Shown one piece after another: positions 29,168-39,379 of a DNA stretch of 64,000 nucleotides. The first letter of the stretch is position 1, and each line of letters begins with the position of its first letter. The stretch spans positions 10,688 through 74,687 of IMG/VR virus record IMGVR_UViG_3300048593_000672; one strand, given 5' to 3'. Under the pieces are notes generated by a model. The model was not told the origin of the DNA. It saw only the letters and a list, made by a program, of their open reading frames with translations, and made no database searches. This DNA is from a virus. The translations under genes and the position numbers were made by a program.

Positions 29168-29497
29168 TTAAACCGTACTTTCTATGCCTGACAAAATCAA
29201 TGTTACGTCTGTAGTTGTAGTTGACTTAGCCTCAAATTGATCCCCCGCCAAATACCGTTCCCCAAACTCAGTTAGTATTCCACTCCCATCGGCAGAACTG
29301 CCTATTTTTTCCCCATTAAAAATATAGTGAGGATCGGTAACACCTGTCCGAGTAACCTTGACTGTTATCGTCCCTGCTGTCGTACCATTTGACGCTCGAA
29401 TCTTTTCCATTAAAAAATTATAGCCAGTCGTTACAGTGTGAACAGTCTGGAAAGATGTTGTTAGCTTGATGATTTCAGAGATTGCAGTTTCAGCCAT
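29168..29497 (-). CDS. Small tail structural protein
   Basis: Beta-rich, follows megatron. Confidence 0.55.
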   Translation of the reverse strand: MAETAISEIIKLTTSFQTVHTVTTGYNFLMEKIRASNGTTAGTITVKVTRTGVTDPHYIFNGEKIGSSADGSGILTEFGERYLAGDQFEAKSTTTTDVTLILSGIESTV

Positions 29498-29501
29498 GAT
29501 A

Positions 29502-32096
29502 TTAAAGCCAGTATTGTAATTTTAAATAGTTTGTCGCATCGGGCGGTGAGGTTATCACAAAATCCGTTAAACTTTCACCACTACTGGCGGCGGTGACAGT
29601 AACCTTTCCCGTCTTGGTTGTGGCTGCGATAGTCCCTGTTGCCAAAGCGTCAGAAACAACAGAAAAAGCATTAATCCCCACACTATTGATGGCAGCACTA
29701 GTCGCACCCGTAAAGCCCACACCAAAGATAGAAATTGCATCGCCAATCGCTCCTTGAGTTGGACTAAAACCCGTAATAACTGGAGTAACAGTTGAGAGCG
29801 TTGGGGCGATCTGCACCGCTAACGGATAGCCACGCCCAACTATTGCGCTCAACTGATAGATTTTAACACTTAAATTAGTTTGGACAGAACCAAAATCTGT
29901 TACCTGGTCAGCCGCACTATAGCTTATCCCTCGGCTGGTGCTTGTCAATGTCCTTGCGACACTCAACCCGTCCATTACGTCAATCTCGTATCGCTCCGAA
30001 ACCTCACTCATTAAACTTGAGGGGCTTGACCAGCCATCGTGACGATCGCGGCGATCCCATGCAATTGCAATATTCCCACCCTGGTCTTTGGTCGCACTTG
30101 CACTGACAGGGGAATAGCATTCTAGAGAAATACCAGCAGAGGAAATTGCTGTGTAGCTTGCCACCGATGGCTCACTCCCATTAACCCCAACCGCTTTCAG
30201 TCGCAATGACAAGCCTATATCGGACTGGGCTAGTTTAATTTTGCCCAAATAGCCACTCAACAAAACAAACTGCTCATTTGTGCCATGTCCACTAATAGCC
30301 CAGTCAGTCCCCCGACAACCCCGCTTAAACTCACTCAGATCATAGACTCCGGTAGAGATGAGGGCTGCATCCCTGGCCATAATAATTTCATTGCCCAAGC
30401 TAAATAAAATCCCATTATTCAAGTCAAATTGGGCTTGAGTCACAGAAGATAGTTGTCCTGTACAATCACTGACCCTAATTGTCGTTGCATTACTGGCCGT
30501 GGCTGTGGCGACAATCCCGACAATGCTCTTACTGCTAACACTGGCAATACTTTGATAGCTTGCACCAGAATCCCGACTAACATAAATGTTTCCACCCCGC
30601 CAATTGGTATCACCCACAACAGCAATATATCCCGTCCCATCTGGGTCGCTATCAGTAATAAGGGAGATGTCAAGGGGGATAAGTGTAGCAGTGCCAATAG
30701 GTGTAGTGGTTGTTTGAGGATAATCAATATCAGCGTCAATATCTGGATCTGGATAAACCGGCTGAACAATAATCGGCGTGTCGGGATCGCCTGGGTCGTA
30801 TGTGACACTTCCATTAGCACCAGCGCAAAAAAGCTCAATGAGGTAGTTAGTCCCAACCGTCTTTTTTTCTATCCGCCATAAACGATTAACATTTCCCTCG
30901 TTAATTGATATGCAATCTCCAACATTAAGCCCGTTATAACAGGGCATTAAATAAAGCTTTTCAAGCTTATGCTTGTATGCTTTAGACTGATACAGCAATC
31001 GGCTTGCCACTCGTCCCATATCCCCGTCATAGCCGACAATTGAAGTAGTAAAAGTATCTTCTTTTGTATGCGTTGCAGCCGGATCTTTATAGAATTGAAA
31101 TCCCTTATCATGATCCTTACCAGCATTGGTAAATGTAACCCCAACAAATGAGGGCATATCTAGGGGATCGGGTTCAGGTCTTTCATAGGGAGTAATTGTT
31201 GGTGTTTTATAATCCCTTGCCCCTAGCGCATCAAGATCTATAGATTTTGTTAAAGAAGCATTGCTAATACGATCAAAATAAAGCTTGTCATCAGACTCCC
31301 AATAATAGAGAAAGTTGATTCGACAAATATCTTCTATAAAATCTTTAAAACTACTCCCGCTATTTTCATAGACATCACCAGCGACATTAATAGATCCACA
31401 ATCCCCTATAAAAACAACATCCTCTTGAGTAATTCCGTCCTTGGCTGCAACGTGCCAAATCAAGTCCTGTAGATCGGGATCTTGACCAAATCTAAATTTT
31501 GCCTCTACGTCTATTTTGGGAAAACCAGACCCCTTATAAAGTTCAATCGGGTACTCATTAAAAGCTAATAAACTACATCCTCGAAAGGCTGGAACGTAGC
31601 CCTCTAGAGATGTTAGAAGATCTAGTGGGCTTTGATCTGCCCTTCCTAATCTCAATTCGGTATGATCATTAAATTGCTGAATTACATCCCCAGAATCCCA
31701 AGCTGTATAAATCTGGACTCCATTAGCCCAGACACGATTAAGTCCCTCATCAGAAATCTCACCACCAATCAAAAATACAGCAGTCAAATAGTAATTTGCT
31801 GTGTCAGCATTGGTAACTGTCGTATTTCCACCACCCCCTTTTCCGCCCGATGACTGAGTAGTGGTCGTAGTTGTGATGACTTCCTTTAATGACTTTGCAT
31901 AGATCAACGAACAGCCATTAACTCGATTTAATCCATATAAATCACGAATTAAATAGCCAAATTCACTATTCGGTGCGCCTAAGTTGTCTAATCTTTGGGC
32001 TGGTGTGTTGACATAATTTGTAGTGTGGGGCGCAAATAAACGGCCCAATAATCCGATACCAGCACTAGCAACAGCAGGAATAATTAAATTAGCCAT
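29502..32096 (-). CDS. Tail tip/host-specificity protein (RcGTA g15 megatron-like) with C-terminal IPT/TIG domain
   Basis: SGGKGG, RVWANG, PAFRG, RGCRGT, WDRRDR, ERYEIDV, PVITGFSPTQG. Confidence 0.85.
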   Translation of the reverse strand: MANLIIPAVASAGIGLLGRLFAPHTTNYVNTPAQRLDNLGAPNSEFGYLIRDLYGLNRVNGCSLIYAKSLKEVITTTTTTQSSGGKGGGGNTTVTNADTANYYLTAVFLIGGEISDEGLNRVWANGVQIYTAWDSGDVIQQFNDHTELRLGRADQSPLDLLTSLEGYVPAFRGCSLLAFNEYPIELYKGSGFPKIDVEAKFRFGQDPDLQDLIWHVAAKDGITQEDVVFIGDCGSINVAGDVYENSGSSFKDFIEDICRINFLYYWESDDKLYFDRISNASLTKSIDLDALGARDYKTPTITPYERPEPDPLDMPSFVGVTFTNAGKDHDKGFQFYKDPAATHTKEDTFTTSIVGYDGDMGRVASRLLYQSKAYKHKLEKLYLMPCYNGLNVGDCISINEGNVNRLWRIEKKTVGTNYLIELFCAGANGSVTYDPGDPDTPIIVQPVYPDPDIDADIDYPQTTTTPIGTATLIPLDISLITDSDPDGTGYIAVVGDTNWRGGNIYVSRDSGASYQSIASVSSKSIVGIVATATASNATTIRVSDCTGQLSSVTQAQFDLNNGILFSLGNEIIMARDAALISTGVYDLSEFKRGCRGTDWAISGHGTNEQFVLLSGYLGKIKLAQSDIGLSLRLKAVGVNGSEPSVASYTAISSAGISLECYSPVSASATKDQGGNIAIAWDRRDRHDGWSSPSSLMSEVSERYEIDVMDGLSVARTLTSTSRGISYSAADQVTDFGSVQTNLSVKIYQLSAIVGRGYPLAVQIAPTLSTVTPVITGFSPTQGAIGDAISIFGVGFTGATSAAINSVGINAFSVVSDALATGTIAATTKTGKVTVTAASSGESLTDFVITSPPDATNYLKLQYWL

Positions 32097-32514
32097 CTAT
32101 CACCCCTGGCACTTCATACACTTTGATAATACGATGAACATTGCTCTCCAATGTCCCGTAACAAACTTTTCTCGCCGTTGCGCTGGCATGAACAAACTTT
32201 TTTTCATCCACAACAATTGCAGAATGGGTATCTAAATTATTAAACTTAATCGCTAAAACATTTGCGATCTTAATAACGCTTGATTCGACTAAATATTTTT
32301 CTAATTGCCGAATCATAAAAGAGCCTCTGGCTAATGGCTCATAGTTGGGAATTATGTCATCTTTATCAACAAAGCCAACATTTTTGCCAACACCAAACAA
32401 CAATTGCACACAATCAACCCCCACCCCCTTAACGCATTGATGATGATGATAGGGAGTTCCAAGCCATGTTAAGGCTTCCGTAACAATTTGCTGTCGAGTA
32501 ATCTTAGTTGCCAT
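32089..32514 (-). CDS. NlpC/P60 tail peptidase (RcGTA g14-like)
   Basis: WLGTPYHHH..GVDC, HSAI, FVHAS. Confidence 0.9.
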   Translation of the reverse strand: MATKITRQQIVTEALTWLGTPYHHHQCVKGVGVDCVQLLFGVGKNVGFVDKDDIIPNYEPLARGSFMIRQLEKYLVESSVIKIANVLAIKFNNLDTHSAIVVDEKKFVHASATARKVCYGTLESNVHRIIKVYEVPGVIDG

Positions 32515-32626
32515 ACAATTAAATTAACATAGCGAAGTGAGACTATGACTATGATTTTGCTATCAGCCCTTATGGCTCTGTATATGTGGTTAGTTATTGA
32601 GTCTATCTTTAAGGAGCCATTTCCCA

Positions 32627-33088
32627 ATGACCTATCCCCTGAACAATCTTCTAGCGATCGCTGGCGACATCATCAGCGACCCAAGCATTAAAGCCAATGC
32701 GACAATAAGCTTTAGCCGAATCATCCGCGACTCCACCCCGACATTCACTACCGACAGTAAAGGGCGACAAATACCAGCAGAAGGAAGTAGCGAGGTGGTA
32801 GAGCTTAGTTGCTGGCTGCGGGAAGCAAGGGTAAAGCGTGACAATCCCCAAATGCAGGAAGGGGCGGATTTGAATGCCACTTACTTTGAAGGTCGGTTAG
32901 TTGACCCCAAAACCTACGATTTCCCGATCAAGGCTAATAGCCCTATCACCGTCACGGTTAATGGACGCACCGGCACAATGCTTGTAGATACGAGGATGTT
33001 AGAGTCTCCAGCCAGCCAACAATACGACATTAAAGGGCAACTAGGCCAACAAATTGCAATCTTTGTACAGTTTAAACAAAATAATTAG
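32627..33088 (+). CDS. Putative head-closure protein on the opposite strand
   Basis: GGAG RBS; TDSKGRQ...EGRLVDP beta pattern. Confidence 0.45.
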   Translation: MTYPLNNLLAIAGDIISDPSIKANATISFSRIIRDSTPTFTTDSKGRQIPAEGSSEVVELSCWLREARVKRDNPQMQEGADLNATYFEGRLVDPKTYDFPIKANSPITVTVNGRTGTMLVDTRMLESPASQQYDIKGQLGQQIAIFVQFKQNN

Positions 33089-33154
33089 CTTGACAACTCA
33101 CTTTAGTTGTGCCAAGATAAGATTGGTTTTGGACACTTGCCATGGTTAATACTC

Positions 33155-33179
33155 CCCCAGTTTGTTACTGGGGTTTTTT
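33155..33179 (+). terminator. Intrinsic terminator
   Basis: CCCCAGT-ttgtt-ACTGGGG-TTTTTT. Confidence 0.75.
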
Positions 33180-33184
33180 AAAAT

Positions 33185-33427
33185 ATGATTGATCAAGATT
33201 ATCGAAACTTTCGCATCCGTGATTTGGCTGAACGTATCCTTTTTGCTGGTGTTAATGCACACTCAACATTTATTGTAAACAGCACTGTCTACAATGCTGT
33301 CTCATCTGCATACAACTACGCTAAACAGTTAGTTGATTATGGCATTCAACACTATCCTATTGTCACCGACGAATGTGGGGATGAAGAACCAGTCACCGCA
33401 GGCACCACCTTGCAGGATAGTTTATAA
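33185..33427 (+). CDS. Hypothetical protein
   Basis: ORF. Confidence 0.5.
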   Translation: MIDQDYRNFRIRDLAERILFAGVNAHSTFIVNSTVYNAVSSAYNYAKQLVDYGIQHYPIVTDECGDEEPVTAGTTLQDSL

Positions 33428-33847
33428 ATGCTAGCCCCAATAATTATTAAAAGTCCCAAAAAAACTTACGCTACTAAATCAGAACATGATGAACAGGCTG
33501 AGTTCGTAGCTTGGTTTAAAAAGCTTTATCCCAACGTAGGTATTTTTGCTATTCCCAACGGTGCTAATTTGTCGGGGGATAAAAGTGGCAATCAACAAAA
33601 AGATGCTGCTGCTAGGGCTAAACAATGGCGGTATCTTGTAGCGGAGGGAGCCAGTAAAGGTCATCCTGATCTACAAATACCAGCGTGGAAAATTGTGATT
33701 GAATTTAAAAAAGCCAAGGGTGGTGTAGTCAGTCCCGAACAAGAGGATTGGCTAAGATATTACCGTTCAATTGGATGGAATGCTGTTGTTTGTTATGGCG
33801 CATCTCAAGCTAAAGATTTTATTAATGGTTTTGTTAGGAGGATGTGA
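33428..33847 (+). CDS. VRR-NUC domain nuclease
   Basis: SEHDEQ, FAIPNG, GHPDL, IEFK, SPEQ. Confidence 0.85.
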   Translation: MLAPIIIKSPKKTYATKSEHDEQAEFVAWFKKLYPNVGIFAIPNGANLSGDKSGNQQKDAAARAKQWRYLVAEGASKGHPDLQIPAWKIVIEFKKAKGGVVSPEQEDWLRYYRSIGWNAVVCYGASQAKDFINGFVRRM

Positions 33848-34003
33848 TGTTAATACTTATTATTTGCATTATCGCCCTTCCCCTATTCCTTCTCGTTGGT
33901 ATTTTATCAGTTAGTTATTGGTATCCCCCGCAAGGTTATCAAGCTAAAACTGATAAGCCAGTGGGGAAACTACCAAATTTTAAAAGCTCTGTAAATAAAA
34001 ACT

Positions 34004-34228
34004 ATGGGAATTAAAACTTTTGATATTAGAGAACACGACAAAGCCAGAGGAGAGAAGTTTGAAGTCAACAATTTCTCTCTTACTTATGATCGTGATTATG
34101 GAATTGATCGCCGTAGCGGTTGGACTGTAGTGATTGATGGCGTAGTCGTTGTTCAGCTTACTTTCATCTGGAAAGCCCTATTTTTATGCGCTAAATCTCT
34201 TTTTTTTCGGGAATACGCTGATAACTAA
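34004..34228 (+). CDS. Hypothetical protein
   Basis: ORF. Confidence 0.45.
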   Translation: MGIKTFDIREHDKARGEKFEVNNFSLTYDRDYGIDRRSGWTVVIDGVVVVQLTFIWKALFLCAKSLFFREYADN

Positions 34229-34908
34229 ACCCCCCTAATCCTTAAACTCTTAAAGGGCAACATCATGTAGTCAGGAATTTGGCCAATTAACGTTGGGTCG
34301 GTGGCGTATTTGATTCTAAATTCATCAAAGGGTACATTCAATTCACTTACGCCTTTAAACACCCCAGACTGCACAATATAAGTGAGAATAGCACCAGCAG
34401 AAGCCTTTAGTTGATTGATTTCTTGTGTGTCTTGGGTAAAATCAAACCCCGCCCAATACTCACACTTGTAATCAGTAAATCCGCTTTGCTGGTATCCTCC
34501 ACGCAAATAACTGGATTGCCAGCCAGAACTTATTAGATTGATATTGGAATAGTTAAGAAAGATTTGATTATTGCTATCTAAAATAAACTCATCATCCGTG
34601 AGCGATCGCCAACTCCCTGGCGGAACTGCCCGATTGAAAGTGTCAACTACATTCCCCCCAATCCTGACTGACAGGGCAAAGGGGTGATCGTCGTCAATCA
34701 GAATAGGAAAATGCTGTAGAAAGAAAGATTGAGTTTTAAAATTTAGCTTACGAGTTTCGGTGCGAAGGGCAAGGTCTAACGGACGGCCCGCCCCCGCCTC
34801 CGACTCTAGGATAGATTGCAAATAGTAAAATGCCCCAGTTAAAGCGTCACTGGTTAAGTTAACACCTGGGGCGAATAATGGTAAGTCATCCTCATTCAGA
34901 ATCGCCAT
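34225..34908 (-). CDS. Head-tail connector (adaptor)
   Basis: After capsid; YKCEYWAGF, IPD..LPFK. Confidence 0.7.
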   Translation of the reverse strand: MAILNEDDLPLFAPGVNLTSDALTGAFYYLQSILESEAGAGRPLDLALRTETRKLNFKTQSFFLQHFPILIDDDHPFALSVRIGGNVVDTFNRAVPPGSWRSLTDDEFILDSNNQIFLNYSNINLISSGWQSSYLRGGYQQSGFTDYKCEYWAGFDFTQDTQEINQLKASAGAILTYIVQSGVFKGVSELNVPFDEFRIKYATDPTLIGQIPDYMMLPFKSLRIRGV

Positions 34909-34913
34909 AATTG

Positions 34914-35156
34914 TTATTTGATAAAGCTACAATTACGCTTGCTAATAGGACAGAATCGCTCTCGTTCTGCCGTATCCCCAATATTGCGAGAGAGGGGTTT
35001 TTCACCACAAGTTTCACACAACTTGATAACCGACTTTGGCCCAGTTTGAGTACCAGCAAGATAAGCCCCTGCTGTTTTTGCCAGATCGATAGGTTCGATC
35101 GTTTTTTTAGGTTCCTCAAACGTTTCAAACTTTTCGGTAGTAGGAGTAGTAGCCAT
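34914..35156 (-). CDS. Small Cys-containing protein after capsid
   Basis: CETC..CP..C; 4-nt gap to capsid stop. Confidence 0.55.
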   Translation of the reverse strand: MATTPTTEKFETFEEPKKTIEPIDLAKTAGAYLAGTQTGPKSVIKLCETCGEKPLSRNIGDTAERERFCPISKRNCSFIK

Positions 35157-35160
35157 ATTT

Positions 35161-37056
35161 TTAGAGTTCAGTTGCTAAGTAACGGACTTCGATTACGCGA
35201 GTTTGTTGGGGAACATCACTGGTGTCGCTGTAACCAGTTGCATCAACGTCAAGAGGATCAAACGATTCATGGGAGAACCAAGCAAATTCACTGGCACGGT
35301 TCCAGAGGATTTCACCAGTCCGGCTGCGAATTTCCATTGGCATCCCGACACCACGCGAAATGCTATCAGCACCGAGATTGTAAGTAGAACGAGTCTTTTT
35401 AGAGCCAGCCCCAGTCGTAACATTTTGAACTCCTGGGGTGCCAGGTGCACCCATGCCACGCTCATTCTGAGAGAAAATATGGAAACCAGAAACAACGCCG
35501 TGATAGCCAGAGATTTGATCAATGTCAGTAATGGACTGCAATGCACTGGTAACACTTAACTGTTCTTCCATCGTTGCGGGGTTTAAGAACGCTTGACGAT
35601 CAATAGTTACCAGGCTATCGGCTAACTGATTAAAACTATAGTCGTCAAGGATTTTGGCGTAATAATTCCCTTCGTACTTGGGAATCTTCATTGCAGCCAT
35701 GTACTCATACTCAGAGCGCAAAGCAGAAGCCGTACAAAGCCCACCAGAGCCAACCACAAGATTGAGTGGATTAGTTTCAATCTCGTTATTATTGATATAA
35801 ACAACAGCACTGGTCGGAGTGATTAAAGACCAAATAGCAAGGTCTTCAAAAATCATGTAGTTACGGGCAATATTAATATCAAACAAATTGAAAATATCAA
35901 TCGCCGAAGTTTGCTCTGTGAAGTTGGCGACAAAGTAAGGTTCATTACCAGTTGCACCAATTTTACCCATCCCCCACTCTTTGAGGACAACATCAACAGT
36001 GCCAGTTTGCACCCCTTGACGGTTATCAGTAAGATTGGCAAACGTACCGTTACCAGATAACTGCCAACTAGAAACCGTGGTAGGTGGGGTATTTAGCGCA
36101 TAACGCCAAACCTGCATTGTATCGCCCCTGTTTTTTTCCCACTGAATCTTGATGTTGGGAAATTGCCACATAATATAATTGGAACGGTGAGTAAACCGCA
36201 TCAATCCACTTAAGAAGGGTAGAAAACCACCGACAATATCAGCAGGAATAACACCAGCGTTAAAAGTTACATTTGAACTTGAGCCAAACAACCCATTCCG
36301 TTTCAAGTAATCTTCATATTCTTGAAAAATGGGAAGATGCTGAAAACTGTTGACGTTGCGGAACTTTGTACCCAAGTCTTTTTCGGCTTCCTTAATATGA
36401 CTAAAAAGCCACTGTTGCATGGCAGTACCGTTAGGTTGTCCCCATGAACTATCAACCCCACTGATCGAGTCTCTTACGTTTTTACGAACCTTGGGGGCTG
36501 ACTCAAGAATGGACTGAAACTCTTGAACTAAACGACTTTGGCGATCGCTACGGCTAATCTTCGTAAAAACAGAGCCATTGTAATTCTGACTACGCCCAGT
36601 AATCCCAGTCACCGCTTGCAGATTGTCCATTGCTTGCTCCTGCTGGTGTTTTTCATCCTGTGTTTGTTTTAAGCTGGCTTGCAAATCTGCTACTTGCTTT
36701 TTAAGGGCTTCCATCTCAGGTGATTCAGCACAATCCTCTTCAATCGCCTGTACAGCCGTTAACTGAGCTTTGGCCGCAATTGCCGCCGCATCAGCCGCTT
36801 GTTGGATCATTGCCTGTACATCTTGAACAGTCATCGTAACTGTCTGGGGAGCGGAAACAGAAATACCAGCAGGGGGAATATCAGTCGATTGCAAGTTGAT
36901 CGTTGCAGTTCGCTTAGTCGCTTTTGCCTTAGCCTCCGCCTTATCCTTAATTAATTCATTTAATACTTCAACAGTAGCTACACCCTCCTCAGAGGAAGGG
37001 GGTATTACCACTGTTTTTAGTTCTTGGGTAACTCGCGGCTTTCGGGTAGTTGCCAT
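35161..37056 (-). CDS. Major capsid protein with N-terminal coiled-coil scaffold
   Basis: 631 aa after protease; RGDTMQVWR, VVLKEWG, EFAWFSH. Confidence 0.8.
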   Translation of the reverse strand: MATTRKPRVTQELKTVVIPPSSEEGVATVEVLNELIKDKAEAKAKATKRTATINLQSTDIPPAGISVSAPQTVTMTVQDVQAMIQQAADAAAIAAKAQLTAVQAIEEDCAESPEMEALKKQVADLQASLKQTQDEKHQQEQAMDNLQAVTGITGRSQNYNGSVFTKISRSDRQSRLVQEFQSILESAPKVRKNVRDSISGVDSSWGQPNGTAMQQWLFSHIKEAEKDLGTKFRNVNSFQHLPIFQEYEDYLKRNGLFGSSSNVTFNAGVIPADIVGGFLPFLSGLMRFTHRSNYIMWQFPNIKIQWEKNRGDTMQVWRYALNTPPTTVSSWQLSGNGTFANLTDNRQGVQTGTVDVVLKEWGMGKIGATGNEPYFVANFTEQTSAIDIFNLFDINIARNYMIFEDLAIWSLITPTSAVVYINNNEIETNPLNLVVGSGGLCTASALRSEYEYMAAMKIPKYEGNYYAKILDDYSFNQLADSLVTIDRQAFLNPATMEEQLSVTSALQSITDIDQISGYHGVVSGFHIFSQNERGMGAPGTPGVQNVTTGAGSKKTRSTYNLGADSISRGVGMPMEIRSRTGEILWNRASEFAWFSHESFDPLDVDATGYSDTSDVPQQTRVIEVRYLATEL

Positions 37057-37100
37057 AATTTTTAAAATAAAAAGCTTTCTTAACTAAATATACTTTAAAG

Positions 37101-37832
37101 TCAAACAAGTTTGGTAAGTTTTTCATCAAATATTCTGGCACTTGGCACATTCCCCGCCGTCACAAAGCTTAATTCTTTAGAAAAATGGGTGGCGTTATAG
37201 AATGCGTAAGGTGCAATATCCTCCGGCTCAATCTCCCCCCAAGCTGCCAACATCTGCGACCAGAAACCAGGTGGGTAGTGAGGATCATCCTTGCCAAAAT
37301 CCCCACCACACAAGGGGCATTCATAACTTTGGTTGCGAGTAATGCCACCAGTAGAGACATCGTTTAGCTGTAAATAACGAATCGCGTTAACGGCAGGACT
37401 ATCGGCGGGAATGGCGGCGTAACAAATTACAGCCTGATACTTCCCACACTTTTTGATCACCTCATAGTCAAGACGGGGGTTAATCGAATTATCCAAAATC
37501 AGATTGAGTTGGGCTGGCCCTGGGTTATCAAACCGGAATAACTCAGCATCATAAACAAATCCAAGTGCTTTGTTGACAGTCTCCCAGTCGTGATCCATCG
37601 TCAAAACTTGGCCCTTGTAACTGTCTCTCATTGACTCAAGAGCCAAATCTTGCCAAACCGTCAAATCTTCCCGCAACAGATTGTCACTAGCCAAGATAGG
37701 CACACTAATCATTTCATTGGGGCCAAAATCAGCCTGACCTTTCTTTTTGCAAGCATTTATTAAAGCCAACTGCTCATCAGTCGGATAATCAACACATAAT
37801 TTTCGGGCGATCGCTTCTCTATCAAAAATCAT
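37101..37832 (-). CDS. Prohead protease-like protein
   Basis: DHDW, DVSTG, CPLC, ELSFVTAG. Confidence 0.75.
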   Translation of the reverse strand: MIFDREAIARKLCVDYPTDEQLALINACKKKGQADFGPNEMISVPILASDNLLREDLTVWQDLALESMRDSYKGQVLTMDHDWETVNKALGFVYDAELFRFDNPGPAQLNLILDNSINPRLDYEVIKKCGKYQAVICYAAIPADSPAVNAIRYLQLNDVSTGGITRNQSYECPLCGGDFGKDDPHYPPGFWSQMLAAWGEIEPEDIAPYAFYNATHFSKELSFVTAGNVPSARIFDEKLTKLV

Positions 37833-37951
37833 CTTACAAATACCAGCGAGAGAACTATATCTCAATTATCAGGTAACTTAACTTAGTTGCGTTAAAATAA
37901 ATAACCCTCGCGGCGCGTGAACGCCCAGGGTTTGTACACTTAGCACAATAG

Positions 37952-38647
37952 ATGCACATGAACATTGTAAAGGTTTTCGACAACTCTGAGATTCGTTTTG
38001 TTGAACATCCCGAAGGAATCTACAGCTTTGGAATCGTCGCGACGGATTTAGCTGCCATTTTAGAAATTCAAAATAGCCATCAGCTTCCTGTTGACGATAA
38101 CTGGAAGGGGGTAGATAGTATCACGACCCCTGGCGGAACTCAGTCTGTGACAGTAATCTGGGAGCCTGGTATTTATCAAGCGTTGGCCAAATCCCGTAAA
38201 CCCAAAGCAAAGCCGTTCCAGAAATGGGTCTTTGAAGAAGTCTTGCCCTCCATCCGAAAAACTGGCAAATATGAGTCGATCCCCCAAGCCCCCCAGACCT
38301 ACATTGAAGCTCTTAAAGCATTAGTGGCGGCGGAGGAACAAAAGCTGTTACTTGAAGCCAAGACTAAAATCTTGGAAGTTGAGAATCAGCAACTAGCCGA
38401 AGCGGTAGATGAACTTTTTGACTATAGCTCAATTATCCGTATCGCCAAATTCAATAATGTCTCAGAAAAAGCGTTTGATTGGCGAAAGCTAAAAGCGGCC
38501 AGTCAGGTAATGGGATTAGAAATTAAGCGAGTACCCTGCCCCCGTTTCGAGACAAAATTACTGTACAGCCACGATGCTTGGCGGTTCTGCTATCCAGAAA
38601 TGCGACTACCAGAGACAACTACCCTGGTCATTCAGCAAACAAAATAG
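37952..38647 (+). CDS. BRO-N domain antirepressor-like protein
   Basis: TPGGTQ, EPGIY, SRKPKAKPFQKWVFEEVLPSIRKTGKY. Confidence 0.9.
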   Translation: MHMNIVKVFDNSEIRFVEHPEGIYSFGIVATDLAAILEIQNSHQLPVDDNWKGVDSITTPGGTQSVTVIWEPGIYQALAKSRKPKAKPFQKWVFEEVLPSIRKTGKYESIPQAPQTYIEALKALVAAEEQKLLLEAKTKILEVENQQLAEAVDELFDYSSIIRIAKFNNVSEKAFDWRKLKAASQVMGLEIKRVPCPRFETKLLYSHDAWRFCYPEMRLPETTTLVIQQTK

Positions 38648-38676
38648 CTTGACAACCAGTATTGGGTTTTAACCTA

Positions 38677-38749
38677 TACCCAATACTGGAATCGAACCAG
38701 TCATCAACCGATTATGAGTCGGATGCTTTAACCAATAAGCTAATTGGGT
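38677..38749 (-). tRNA. Phage tRNA with CAT anticodon (Met or Ile2)
   Basis: Acceptor ACCCAAT/ATTGGGT, loop CTCATAA, T arm ACTGG-TTCGATT-CCAGT. Confidence 0.88.
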
Positions 38750-38765
38750 GTTAAGTTTTAAATCA

Positions 38766-38838
38766 GCCCCAAGACTGGATTTGAACCAGTGACCTCGTTG
38801 GGAAACCGTATTGCTCTACTAGACTAAGCTACTTGAGG
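38766..38838 (-). tRNA. tRNA-like gene with defective anticodon arm (possibly ex-Gly)
   Basis: Good acceptor CCTCAAG/CTTGGGG, D and T arms; anticodon arm short and unpaired. Confidence 0.65.
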
Positions 38839-38874
38839 ATGTGATCTCATTTATCTTATCACAACCACAATAGC

Positions 38875-38903
38875 TTGACAACTGAATTTAATTTTGCTAT
38901 TAT
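38875..38903 (+). promoter_or_regulatory. Sigma70-type promoter
   Basis: TTGACA-17-TATTAT with TGn extension. Confidence 0.8.
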
Positions 38904-38909
38904 TAAATA

Positions 38910-39040
38910 GCTTGCAGTGGAGCGAGCGTGAGTATATAGCCTGCCCCCTTTCCACGGCTAACACTCAGCCCCAACCCAGACTGACTTACCAAAACAGAAT
39001 TGAATCCTCAAAAAGTAAACCCCATCGTTTGGGGTTTTTT
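38910..39040 (+). ncRNA. Candidate sRNA (~130 nt)
   Basis: Consensus promoter, internal hairpin, terminator AAACCCCA-tcgtt-TGGGGTTTTTT. Confidence 0.55.
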
Positions 39041-39079
39041 GCTAGAATGAGTGGGTTGTCAAGCCGAATAAGCCCTGTC

Positions 39080-39379
39080 ATGATCGAAAATATTACAAGA
39101 GGCATTATAATCGCACTGACGTTTACAGCAATTAATCAGCCACTCACCCCAGACATTGCGTTTGACTTAGGCTACAAAGTTGGAATTAGGAACTGCCTGT
39201 ATATTGTCCCAGATCAAATAGGCAGCAAGCAAGCCCTTGATATGGCCATTCAAAGCTTAATTAATGAAGAAAGGGAAGTAGTAATAAAAATTAATCACAT
39301 GGACGAATCTTTGCCTATTGTAAAAGCTCATGTGGCGGGATACGATAAAGGATTAACACCCTGCAAGGATCGACTATAA
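39080..39379 (+). CDS. Hypothetical protein, hydrophobic N-terminus
   Basis: ATG after terminator; upstream part of the track ORF is probably noncoding. Confidence 0.5.
   Translation: MIENITRGIIIALTFTAINQPLTPDIAFDLGYKVGIRNCLYIVPDQIGSKQALDMAIQSLINEEREVVIKINHMDESLPIVKAHVAGYDKGLTPCKDRL

Noticed and set aside
22435-32514. Gene transfer agent
   Set aside because: RcGTA-like tail tip genes occur in many phages; integrase, early genes and size indicate a prophage
38894-39079. N-terminal part of the 161-aa track ORF
   Set aside because: Starts inside a -10 region and crosses a terminator; ATG 39080 is more plausible
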